64,000 bases of DNA from Amphiscolops sp. MND2022. Its lineage: Eukaryota. The notes under the pieces are model-generated. The model saw nothing but the letters and a program-made list of their open reading frames with translations, had not been told where the DNA came from and made no database searches. The stretch spans positions 1,736,001 to 1,800,000 of the forward strand of contig OZ076409.1 of assembly GCA_964187785.1 (NCBI GenBank), in the 5' to 3' direction. Shown in pieces: positions 52,212 to 64,000 of this stretch. The translations under genes and the position numbers were made by a program. The number at the start of each line of letters is the position of its first letter. Positions within the stretch are counted from its first letter, which is position 1.

Positions 52212-54750
52212 CCAGGTCGCGTCAATTTTTCAAATTTCCGCTGTTTAATCTGAATAATGTAGTATCTGAATTTATCCGATTAAGTATGACACGCGTCTTC
52301 AGAGAAGAGGAGAAGAAAAGAGAAGGGGAATTAATATCCCCATTACCGTGGGGTGGACGCCGAATAAGCAGCAGTTCTGCGTTTCTAAGTCGGCGCCCTT
52401 TCGGATACCAACTCCCCAAAGCAAGCTATGGTACCATTTTTGCAGCCAAGTGGTCCAGCAATGGTGGGCTTCCTCCTCGAGCCATGGCATTCACGTTCAA
52501 GACACGAGGTATAAGGCGCGTGTCATACTTCATTGGATAAAATCGGATAAAAATTCAATATTCGAGAGGAAACAGTGGAAATCTGAAGAAACTAATTAGC
52601 TTAGTATTTATTTGCTCGTAGTAGCAAATGTCCTGGTAGCAATTGCATAGTAGCAAGTGTCCGGACACCCTTTATTCGAGCATGCTACACTTCGACCGAG
52701 TAAGGGTTCTCTGTAAACAAAATCAGTTGTTTTCTCTGAGCACTTTACGCAGCCTTTCAATGAACTTTTTTCATCATCTTTCGTTACGGCACTAAAGCAT
52801 TATTGGGAAATGGACCTAAGTTTGCTACCAGAAACCTCCAAACAGAAGTCTTCGTCTTAAAGTTCTCTCCTTGGGATCATCTCTCCGGTCTTAAAAAAGC
52901 GGTTAAAAAACATTTTGAAACTTTGAAAGTTTGTATTTGATGTTTTCATTCGACTCGGTTTGACTAATGCATTTGGCGAAAAATTTGCTCGTTTGGTGCA
53001 AGGCTCTCAAGTGACTTGAAAGGGACGAAGGCTGTATCTTAGTGCACACGGCTGGAATTTTTTACAAGCTGCAGGTGTGCAGACAAAGTACGATTTTCCC
53101 AGAAGCTAGAAAATTCAGTAAGATATCATCCTACTGATCTATTTTTTTGGATAACACTGCATCTTCTACACTAAAAGACAAAAAATCCGAAATATTTCAA
53201 GCTTCGTTAGCGACACGATCACATTGTTCTCATTTCATGTGATCACCGCGTTGTTAAATCTGTTGAGCTATTATTCAAGTACAACAATTACTAATGAATT
53301 AAACAGCCTTAATTATTGGTTATTATTCATGAAGAAGCCAAAACGTATCAAAACTGGCGTAAAAATTAGTAAACCTGAAATTAGAAATGAATGAAAGGTA
53401 AAACCACCAAAATACTTATGTAACTAATTAGGATCCATTAGCCAAAATTAGGTTAGGTAGAAATTGCTTACGGTTGAAAATGCAATAGGTTGAAATTGTG
53501 AGCGGTTGGAATGGCAACGGTTGGAATTGCATAGGTTGAAATTGCATAGGATTAAATATCCTGACACCAGTTCACAGATTAATACGTGTTTGAAGTTACT
53601 TTGTCAAAAAATGGCCGTAAAAATGATAATATCTCAGTTGCATTCCAAAATAGAACTGATGCATGAAAAGCAGCGGAAACGCACGGCCCAATTTGATTCC
53701 AAATTTTTGTTCAAAATACCAGGCTGCTTGATTGACGATTGAATAAAGAATGATTTATTAGATTTAATGCCCGAATATGTACAAATTACAACCTTGCATA
53801 TTGTTATCATTGGTAATAGCAGCACTCGAGTTGCAGATTATACTGCATGAAACAGAAAGGTTATTTAATTGGTCAACATTTACGGTATTCATCGTCTGGT
53901 CTAATTTTAGCAAACTGGGGCAAAAACAAAAATATTGCAGAAGCCTTTCACTGTCATGGTAAAAATAGTTGCAGACTAGTAGCAGTTGATGCAATTCGAA
54001 TACAACAGGGAATTTTTAATGCTTGAAAGTTCTCTGAAGAAATATAGTAAATCATAGTAAAAGTTGACAACTTCCAAAAACATGTAGAAAGTTCAAGAAG
54101 TAGTCAAATTCTCTGATCTGGAAAATGCGATCAAACACAAGTACAGAGTAAAACTTGTTTACACGAGACGCTTCTCTAATACCACTTGAGCTCATTAAAA
54201 ACGCTTTGCGCCGTTTAAGCTGCAAGCGGAGGACCAACTTTATTTTTTTCGATCTTGTTTGGTTTCCGAAACTCCATTTCCGTGAAAATAGAACATACAA
54301 TATCATTGTTCCAAATCAAAATTGTTATAACTACGAAATAAATTTGTATGTGAACCTAATTTTCACGAAGCTTCTCTAGCTTTGTTCTATAATTAATTTT
54401 TCGTGACAATGTCTTTCGTTTCTAAAATCTGGGAGAAAAAGTTAACAAGACATCTTGTACATTGGTTTGAGCCAATTCACACTCATGCCGATCATATTTT
54501 ATATCATGCGAAGATTTTTTGTCAAATCTTGATTCTATGATCTGTAATCTCATTTCATGATAATGACAACTGAATCCTACAGGATCTTGAGGGATTATTA
54601 GGCGATATTGTTTTACTTAAAATATCTAAAAATATCCCTCCAATAAAAATATACCTCCGTATTGTTTCAAAAAAATATTGAAGACAAAAACTCGTTGTTT
54701 TCAGCAATGTAAATGAACTAGAAAGTTTCCAAATTGAATCAAATTATCTT

Positions 54751-57700
54751 TCAAGTTTCGGAATCTTCGGCTGCATTTTCGGAATTTTGTTCGGTTTCTC
54801 CATCAAATCGAACCGTTTTCCGCGCCGACATAACTTTTCCTTTCCTCATAGATTGTTCCAAAGTCAAAGGTTCCGGTTCTTTTTCCTCCAAAGTGGGAAT
54901 CTCTGCCAGAGAAATCTTGGAAACTGACGGAAAAGGTGAAAATCCAGACGACTGATAATCTTTAGTGGCTTCGGAATCTATTCGGTTCAAGAAACTTGCA
55001 TTGCTGTCGTTTTGCAGAGAATACTGTGACGTAATGCTTGCTCCTGCATTCTCATTGGCTAACGACTCGCCGCTGTTAACGTTCGTCATCGAAAGTGTCT
55101 TTGTTACCAGCATCGATTCCATTGACTGTTCGGCTTCGGGCCTGTCTCGGGCAGTTCGTGGCTCCGAGATACTGTCAACCGAAGCTTCGCTAATAGTCCT
55201 TAACGTCGTTGCTACCGGCGTGTTGTTCTGTTTGAAAGATTCGGTTTTCGGAACTTCAGAAATTTGCTTTTCTTCCAATGTTTTGCCGAGTTTGGGTTCT
55301 TGTGTTTCAGAAACCCCTTCATCATTGGACGGTTTATTCATCACAACATTCTGAGGCTTCGTTTCAGGGTCAGTTTCGGCATCGGATTGTTCTTGTTTGA
55401 CCTCCAAATCTGGTAGCATTGCGGCCATTTTTTGGGTACTAGCCAATCGGGTGTTAGTATCTGGACTCGGCGGAGGAACCCCCGGATACTTCTTTGGACT
55501 TTTCGACTCCTCTTTGGAAATTTCCGGGGTCTTCAGTCCGGCAGTACTTCGAAGTTCCTCGTAGTTTTTCATATCCTCATTAAGGGGCCATACCGATACA
55601 GTCGAAGCATGTGTATCGGGAGTCTTCGGGTCCTCGCTAATGACGTAATCGTCACGTGACTGGCTTTCGGCCGAGGACCTGACTGGTTTTTTATCCAGGG
55701 TATTTCGGTACTGGCTGTAGGGAGAGGATGGGAGAGTTGCCAAGGCGGCAGAAATCTGGGACAATTTGCTCTGGGCAGAAGTCGCCCTGGAGTTGACCTT
55801 TGACCTGATGGGACTTGGGATGGGAATCAAGCCTCGTCTCACAGGGGATTCCGGGGTGGGGTAATGTTTCCTGATTACTCCCCCGAGGATGTTCAAGAAA
55901 TATGTTCAAAAAGTAATTAGTTTCCTCCGTAATCCAAAATAAACAAGCCGGGAACGGCCCAAGTCGGCGCCATATCTAAGGCTCAAAAAGACTCGAAAAC
56001 CACTTTTTCTACAACCGGAGACAACAGAAGCTCTCAAAAAACTAAAAATTGAGAAAAAAAATTCCGAATTTTTTTTTGAATTTTTTTTCAAAGTTTCCGG
56101 TAAGTCGCATAGTGCCGAAAATGTAAAAGGGGGACGCTTTTTATCTCATGTTAGACGCTTTGGATGCGTCGAAACTGAAGTACTAAGTACATATGGTAAA
56201 AGTTAGTAAATCTGCATTAATTGCATTAATGCACAAAAAGTGGACGTTACGCGTTGAACTGACGCAAAAAACTAGCCACTGTAAGAGTCGGGATTTTCTT
56301 CGAAAACGCCGACTAACAAGACTAAAAACATTGATGATTTGTCTGCTGAACCATTTTACGACATACTTTTTAGTCGGCGCTTCATGAAACAAACGCGACT
56401 ATTATAGTGACTTTTCGTTGTGTTTTTTTTTCATTTTTTCAATCCGGCTCAAATGACTCTAAAAATTTTACGAATTTTCAATTTGATTTAAAGGGTCTAC
56501 CCATTCACATTTGGACATACGTATTTGGTTGAATTGAAAATAAACTTGTGTTATTTTCGGATCTGTGCAACTTTTTTGGGGAAATTTTGATATCACAAAA
56601 GGGTTCTGGCTATGATTCTTTGTATTTCTGGTGGGGAAAAATCACTTTTACGCCCAAAGAGTCCCCCGTCCGGTTTTTTTCGGCACTGTGAGATTGAGAA
56701 ATTTTTCAAATAAGATTCCTCGACGCTTTGAAGTAGTTTTGCCTTGAATTACTTTTGCAAAACAAAACTAATCAAAACATAAACTCTCAAGAATAATAGA
56801 AACTTGACACATCAATTGTTTTGCAACATTCCCCTTTATAGTATTTATTTCAAGGGGAGAAGCTAGAAGAGCTGCTTAAATTCATCTTCTATTCTGGCTG
56901 GATGTAAATTTAGTTTTCCTTCCATAAATTCAGATGAAATTGTGTCTTTTCAAACATCCAGTCAAAAAACCTTTCCTTTCTTTTCCTTTCCAAGCAATAT
57001 TTTTTCCAAGTGAACAAGCCGAGAACGGCGAAAGTCTGCGCTATATCTAAGGCTCAGAATTGTAAAAGGGGGCACCCTTTGGGGTTTGTGAAACTCCAGT
57101 TGGTTGCAAAATATTGGAAAGATTGAGGGGGACCCTTGGGAGCTTTTAAAAAATTTCCAATAAAAATTTTTAAAATGAGATTTTTGAACAGTGTCACAGT
57201 GCCGAAAAATGTAAAAGGGGGATCCTTTGGGATTTTTTGACATCCATTGTGTTGCAAAATATCGAAACAAACGGAGGGGAGACCCTTTGGTGGAATCCAA
57301 AAAAATTCAAAAAAGTCGCATAGTGCCGAAAAAATCAGAGTGAAAAACACCAAAGGGGGCATCCTATATTTTCGAGGTTCTGGAAGTCAATGTTTTTGTT
57401 TTGGACGAGGTTCTGGCGTTCCGAGTATGTTTTGGACGTCCGTAGTTCAAGTTGATGATGTTGAACAAATGAACTAAAAAGTGGACCGTACGCGTCTAAA
57501 AAACTACGCACTGTAAGAGTCGGGCTCATTTTCTACTAAAATGCGTCGACTGAAAAAAGACATCTTGCTTTTTTGAATAGCAAATTGCAAATGAACAAGC
57601 AAGACTTTGAACGTCCTCATTTTGAGCACCTGATGGACTTGGAGCGATTGAAGAGCCCCCCCAGTTCGCTTCTAAGGGGCGGCAACTGGTTGAAACTCAC

Positions 57701-60700
57701 TCTGGACAGTTTGGCGTTGCTCTGGAACGGGTAGCTACTCACCAGACTCTGTTCACGAATCCAGTCCGGCACTCTGGTCAATGAATGCACCTATTCGTTT
57801 GTTTTGTTTTGTTTTGTTTTGTTTTCCCGAATTGTGCAACACTTTTTCAAAATTCCAAAGTTTTCTCAAAATTTGCAAACCGAATGAAACTGACTTTTTG
57901 TGCAAATCATGTAATTTTTCAAATCAAGGAGTTCGTTTTTAGTTTTTAGGAGTCGCAGAAAATTCTCGACTACTCATGCACTCGAAACCTTTTTTTCTCC
58001 CGATCTTTCAATGAAAATGTCTCAAAAACTGTCCATATTTTTTTGAAGTCCAGCACAGTCAGTCTACACCCAAAGGTGCTCCTGCGAGCGCAGTGACCTC
58101 AAAATCGTTTTGGACTTCTTTCGGTTTTCGATTTTCTCAAAAACTGTCCATACGGTTTGAACGAATTTTTTTAACAGTCTTTCTACACCATATTAGGAAC
58201 CTATGTGTGCAATCGTATGGCTGGGATCAGAGAAACAGCTAACTTAGTCAAAAAATTACCAAATGACAAAGTACGTACGTTGTTTTTCAATATTTTAATC
58301 CGTTTCCCACACCTTTACCGCATATGCGGCTCTGGTTTATTGCCTATTCTGGCCTGTTTCTAGTCCTTATATCAATGTTCTTTCTTGCCTTGTTGAACAA
58401 ACGAAATTTCAGTTCAACTTATAGCGGTCATTTGAATAACAATAGCATCGTAAAACCAGAGCCGCATGTGCGATGAAGAAGCCGGATTAAAATATTGAAA
58501 AACATATTTGGTACTTTAGTCAATTGGTCATTTTTGGACTAATTTTCGCTGTTCCCAGTCATACGATTTTGATGCCGTTGCACACGCCATATTTTATAAA
58601 AGTTGTATGGACAGTTTTTGAGAAATTAGAAATTTTCATTGAAAGGTCGGGAGAGAAAAAGTACGATTGCATAAGTAGTTGAAAACTTTGGTAGCCGTTC
58701 GTATAACCGAACGAGCTTTAAGAAAAACGAATATAAAGTCGATCTCGAATCTGATTGGACGACGAAATTAGCAAACTACCTACCACCCTGATTTTCATTT
58801 ACTCTGGTCGGTTACAAAGTTACATAATAGTTTCACCATTCGAAGCTCACTGACGAACGAAGCAACCAATCACAATTAAGAATTTTGATTCGGATCTGCT
58901 ATTAATTTATTCTGCATTATTACAGTTCGGCTGCAGCCGAACTGTAATAATGCAGAAAAAATTAATAGCAGATCCGAATCAAAATTCCTAATTGTGATTG
59001 GTTGCTTCGTTCGTCAGTACATGTACAAGCTACCACTGAAATATTTCTTCCGACTCCTGAAAATGGTCCAAGTCTTTTGAAACAGTGGAAAACAAAAAAG
59101 GAAAAGGAGTAGTACCTTTCCCGGTTTTTCAATCGCACCCAAGTTGGCATTACTCAATTTGAGGCCGGCTTGAGGGTCCGATTGAACATGGTGCATATGA
59201 TCGTGGTATTTCTTGGCCTCCCCGTGATAAATGGGCACAGGTCGACTAATAACACATTCGTCTGCGATTCTGGACATTTCCAGAACTCTGGCATTGTGAA
59301 GTTGCGAAATAATTGCCTCTATGACCTCGTTGGTTTTGGCAGGGGTCAATAGGTCAACAGCTGTGACCTGTTCCAAAACCTGGGATAAGATTTCCTTGGG
59401 CAGAGAAAGAAGTTCGTTGATCACTTCTTCTTGAACCGGGATAATCCTGGTAGCGAATATTATCAAAAATCATTGAAACTGATTTGAAGCGAGATTATTT
59501 TTTCTCAGCGAAATACGTATTTTGTTGTGTTTTTATTTTTTGATACCCTAGCTGAGTTTTGATACGGCTAATTAGCGAATTAGTGGATGCGCATGGACTT
59601 TTCAGCGATATCGTTCGCTATTCAAAATAGCGGCAACTAATAGAATGTCCAAAATCAATTTTGCTAAAAGTATACGCGGGGTTTCAAAGTGAATTTCGAA
59701 AAAAGTTCAACTCTTATTTTGGTGAAATCCACTGAGTATTGTAAAATGAAAGTCTTTCGTATTGAAAAAAAACTGAATTTAGTTATCAAATAATTTTGAA
59801 ACATGCTTGAAGTCAAACATTCAATAGATTGAAGAAAAACGCTTTAAGCGAAATAGGGAATTTGAGACTAGCAGTTTAGCGAATAATGAAAAAAATAGCG
59901 ATGTCAAAACCCTGTACCCTAGTGTATATAATTAAATTTTTATAAGATTTTTTAACTTTTTGGCTCACAATCCTAATCCACAGAAAAAATTCGCATTTGT
60001 AAAACGATAAACGTTTCCGAGCTTGCCGTTTTTTAAAAACACATTTTGATACTTGGCTACAATTGATTTTTGACAATACTTCCCTCGTGGTATTTTGCTT
60101 GGACCGATGGGTGAATTCGCTCTTTGAAATCTCCCGGTTGAAACTTCCTCCCAAATTAAGTTTACTGTCACCCTCAAAACTCGCCGGAAGAATCTCGTCC
60201 GTGAAATTTTTATTGGGAACGGCCGCTTTTCCTTCTCGGGTCATCACGAAAACTTGTTCCCGATATTTCGGTTCCTGGGTTTTCTTGGGTCCAACCCAAA
60301 CTAGAACCGTGTCTGGTTTCCTCTTGACCTTGAGGTTGGATAGCGGGTCAACTTTGGAAGTGGGAAAAATTTGGGGTGTGGGGGGAAGCGAAGGTAGACT
60401 GGCCTCTTCCGGAGTTCTGGGTTTGGGAGACCCAGCGACCGGAGGTGTGAAAATTGAGGATAGTTTGTCGGATTCTCCGGACGGATGATCTTTGTTATTT
60501 TCCATGCTCTTCAAAACTTCTCTGGAAGCTGTTGAAGAAACGCTTTTGGCATCATCCATTTCTAGGTCTTCTTTTTTGGAATCTTTGCTCCCCACAGAAT
60601 CGCTCGGTTTTCCCGCCAAATCAAACAGTTCCATGGATACTCGGGTGACTTCGCGTTCTACAGACTTTGAGTGTAGACCCTGTTTTTCTTTGCCAGAGAA

Positions 60701-60799
60701 ACTTTTGTTCAGATTGACAATTTTTTGCGTCGGCATTTTCTGACTGAGTTTCGCCACAGCTTTCACCCTTCGCTGTTTTTCGAACTCGTCCTGTTGCAT
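54751..60799 (-). CDS. Uncharacterised Ser/Glu/Lys/Pro-rich protein, 4 exons: 60799-60084(?), 59446-59116, 57790-57630, 55870-54751
   Basis: Long low-complexity ORFs; junctions 59116>57790 (phase 0) and 57630>55870 (phase 2) are in-frame GT-AG; first donor ambiguous. Confidence 0.7.
55943..57558. mobile_element. Helentron-like family A copies (55943-56316, inverted degraded copy from ~56367, 57014-57558)
   Basis: Same terminal motifs as the other family A copies. Confidence 0.75.
57960..58690. repeat. Inverted pair of another interspersed repeat (~57960-58340 and ~58450-58690)
   Basis: gcatatgcggctctggttt vs aaaccagagccgcatgtgc; ctcaaaaactgtccata vs tatggacagtttttgag. Confidence 0.7.
58849..59018. 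repeat. 170-bp near-perfect loopless palindrome
   Basis: actgacgaacgaagcaaccaatcac...cggctgcagccg...gtgattggttgcttcgttcgtcagt. Confidence 0.95.
59552..59914. mobile_element. hAT-type MITE
   Basis: Perfect 8-bp TSD TACCCTAG; ends ctgagttttga / tcaaaaccctg. Confidence 0.8.
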
Positions 60800-60983
60800 T
60801 TTTTGGGCTGCGTTATTGCGACAGGGTTGGGCTTTGTTATCTTAGTAAAGGCGTTTACGAAAAAGTGCCCAACTTTTACAGTTACTATCTTATTGGTTTG
60901 AAACCAGCCTTTTAATTGATTTCTCAAGAATTCATACAGCTTTGCAAAAGAGTGGACTGAAATGTACTTGACATTGCTGTGAA

Positions 60984-61397
60984 TAGAGGTGGATATCAAT
61001 TACCGGATATCAAGTCCGGGCCGGTATCGGGCCGGACGTTTGACGAAATCCGGTCGGACAAACATCTGAGCAAATGATCGCTTATTTCAGATTAGAACCT
61101 AGATTTCGACCCTTTCGTGCATTTATTGCCACTTTTGAACATTCATTTCCCCACAACAGCAGTCAAAAGTTTCCGGCATTTTGATGTTGAAGAAAAAATA
61201 GAATAATTTTTTTTTTGCACTTTTTTGCAACAAACTTAACTTTGCTTTTCGTCATACTCATTGCCCATTTTTGAAAACAGTCTTTCATCGCTTACAGTTG
61301 CGGATAATGTCCGGTCTGGCCCGGCCCGGTATCCGGTTTAATTTGTGTTGTCCGGTTGTCCGGCAGAGCGGATCTTTTCCTGTCCAGTGCAGCTCTA
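60984..61397. mobile_element. hAT-type MITE with CCGG subterminal repeats
   Basis: Ends TAGAGGTG / CAGCTCTA; 8-bp TSD gctgtgaa/gcagtgaa. Confidence 0.75.
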
Positions 61398-63181
61398 GCA
61401 GTGAATCTTTATGGAGTGCTGCGTGCATTACGGACGCTGTTTACGAACTCTAGCGTGCGTTTTGTAGTACGATCTTATTTCGACATAACAACAATCGTAA
61501 TGCGAATCGTGGCGCAATCCGAGCTAAGTCTTTGGCGTGAGCGACCGTGCAGTTTGCCGACCACTCAACTGGCCGACCGTGCATTTAGCGAATCCAGTTA
61601 AAGATGACTGAATATCAATGATGAGTGTTCGGGACACGAACTAAATTAATCATGCTTTCATAGCAACCTTGAAAGAGGAGTTACTCGGATAAATCTTACG
61701 TAACCGTTCTCTTTGAACATAACAGGTCTTTAACGGTCATTCGGTTTTCGGGCTTTGCTTTTGCATTGATAAATATGTTTTGCGTTTCGTGTTTACCAAC
61801 GAACGTACCATTTCGGTCGTTCGTGCTCTTTTTTGGGTTCAATGCTTACTGTCGCCTACTGAACCCGGTTCTCGTTAGTTTTCGTACATAGATCGAACGT
61901 TCGTCGATACATGTCAATCACTTGAATGACATCTCAACAATTTTCATAGTGAGGTGCCTTCAGTTCAAACGTTACGTAATGTAATCATATTTCATTCAGT
62001 TCACCACGCCATACTGAAACAATGCTTTTGTGCAGCATGTTCAAATGTCTTTGAACTTGCTGGAATCGGTACAAAGCCGATTCAACTTGCGTTACCTTTT
62101 TACCGGTTTCAATTAATAAGTCAAGGAAAGAGTTGCTCCCCAGACAATGACTTGTCTGGTACCTGCTAAAGTAACTTTAATGTTTTGTGAATCCCTTCCT
62201 AGGACACTTAGAGTTGAAATAACATGGGAGACAGGCACTGCTCGGGTCAATCAATTATTAAACTTTCACTGCTAGCTGCTGGTTCCTTCATGAGCCGTAA
62301 TCTTGTAACTAAGCCATAATTCCCATTCCTGTTAACTTTTTTTAACTTAATCTTCAATGTAAACCAACTTTGCTTTATACTTGAACAACTAATCAATTAA
62401 TTGTTCAATCCATTCATCAGCCTTTTATGCTCCCAAGTTAGCAGCCACAAATCACCCTTTGTGCACGCGGGCACAAACATACTCTACCAACTGAGATTCG
62501 CTTTCTTTTCTGGCTGTCTGGAGGAGTGACCGTTGTGAAGTCGTGATCGAAACAACACTTTCGTTTGGTGGAGGACGGCAGGGCAAGGTTCTGGTTTCTT
62601 GGACTGGCCTTTTGTTTTTGGGTGGAGCACGTCAACCGTTCCGCTGGAAGATTCAGTCCCTACAACCTTTAGTAGTTCCTCTACTTATTTATTATCTTCA
62701 ACTCCATCGTCGCAGCGTTGTTCGTCGCAGTAACGAGTTGGTGTTCGTCGCAGTAACGACATGGGTTTGCGTCGCAGAAACGATGATGAAGAATGCAGTT
62801 GCCCGTTCGAGGGTCGTGAGTTGTGAACTTAGAACTTTGTTTTTGGCATCAGCGCCATTTTTTGTCCTTTCGTCTTTCCCTTTAGCCAGCATCAGCGCTG
62901 TACGTACTCTCAATTCCGAAAATCTTGCCTTTTGTTTTTTGCTAAATTTTTCTGTGCTGATTCATTCGAATTTTTCTAAAGCCTTTTCCATTTCATTGAT
63001 TAGAAAAGTACTTATTTGAGCAAAACCGCTTTGAAAACTGAAAGCCCATTATTTTGTGCTTTAACTTTTGAACGTTTTTGATTTTTTCCAAACCAAACGT
63101 TAATTTTCGCAGTTTGTATTCATTTTGGGCTCAGTTTTTCACTTTTCCTGTGATTTGCCCTTCGTGCTGTTTTTTCAATTC

Positions 63182-63313
63182 ATCGAGCCCTATGCTCCCT
63201 CATTAATTTTGTTCGAGCCTTATGCTCTGTTAATCTCCTAATCGAGCCTTATGCTGTATTGATCTCTTATCGAGCCATATGCTCTTTCATTCCCTTATTG
63301 AGCCCTATGCTCT
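63182..63313. repeat. Minisatellite, ~29-bp period, 5 copies
   Basis: tcgagcc(c/t/a)tatgct recurring. Confidence 0.8.
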
Positions 63314-63806
63314 TGTTTCCTTCACGTTACATGTTGCCTTCATTTCCGTGCCTTGCCATTTTAGTAACCCGAATCAGTAGCTAGCTTGGGTTTTCGCAAA
63401 TTTTGGGTGTAGTACCGTGTTTCTCATTTTTCTTCCTTTGTCCTCACATACGGGATAACAAAACAAAGTTAGGACAGAAGTTTTTCTCTCTTTTTTTGTT
63501 TTTGTACGGTAGCACAAGAGGCAGAGGTACAACTGGATGTACTCTAACTTTTGTTTCGGTAGCCTACAAAATTAGTTTCTTTTTCGGAACAAAAGGAGTT
63601 GATAGTGCACAAAGTACTCCGACTCCTGTTGTTTTCGTCTCTGACGGATCGCCCACTGAAACTTTTTTTTTGAATTTGAAACTTTTGAAACATCAGTTTG
63701 AAGTTTGAGGATCGTGCGAGTTCAGCTTTGTGTGTTGATTTTTTGTCAGTGTTTGATAAGCGAGTTTGAAAGATTTTGAAAATAGTTGGTTGAGCGAACA
63801 TTCGAA

Positions 63807-64000
63807 ATGCCAGAAAAGATTGAAAAACTTCTTTTGGATAGAGGAAAGTCTATAAAAAAGTTATTTGAGTCCCTTGATGCTCTCGATGACAATGTCAATC
63901 GAAGTTGCCGAAGAATAAAAATACAGGCCTTGATTGACGAATGTGTCAACTTGCAACATATCGTTGCAGAGAAAAATACAAAGTTGTCAAAAAGTGATTC
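63807..64000 (+). CDS. Partial ORF running off the window (possibly a retroelement gag start)
   Basis: MPEKIEKLLLDRGKSIKKLFESLDALDDNV... open to the window end. Confidence 0.3.
   Translation, partial: MPEKIEKLLLDRGKSIKKLFESLDALDDNVNRSCRRIKIQALIDECVNLQHIVAEKNTKLSKSD

Overview
Repeat-dense eukaryotic (probably invertebrate animal) genomic DNA; no prokaryotic operons, CRISPR or rRNA. (1) 1-12789 is the 3' part of a large Ty3/gypsy LTR retrotransposon. It has a frameshifted pol, then a multi-intron ANTISENSE gene encoding a BED-type zinc-finger protein, a divergent sense ORF, and a probable ~1.8 kb LTR that contains a gag-like start. (2) 17292-22410 is a complete but decayed minus-strand gypsy element with 209-bp LTRs. 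(3) 25518-41344 is a 15.8-kb pol-less LTR element (1.85-kb LTRs, GTTCA TSD, tRNA-Asn-like PBS, PPT) inserted into the TIR of a MITE. Its interior is a 4-copy 2.5-2.8 kb mosaic tandem array, and it also carries a spliced antisense gene. (4) A minus-strand SEC14-like (CRAL-TRIO + GOLD) host gene at 42019-50913 was reconstructed by hand from 5 in-phase exons; one junction appears to need a non-canonical GG donor. (5) A 4-exon minus-strand gene for a low-complexity protein lies at 54751-60799. (6) There are many small elements: Helentron/DINE-1-like elements (some carrying tRNA-like Pol III cassettes), a pogo remnant, hAT and Tc1/mariner MITEs, a CORE-like SINE and a 170-bp palindrome. All calls were made by eye; no database searches were run.
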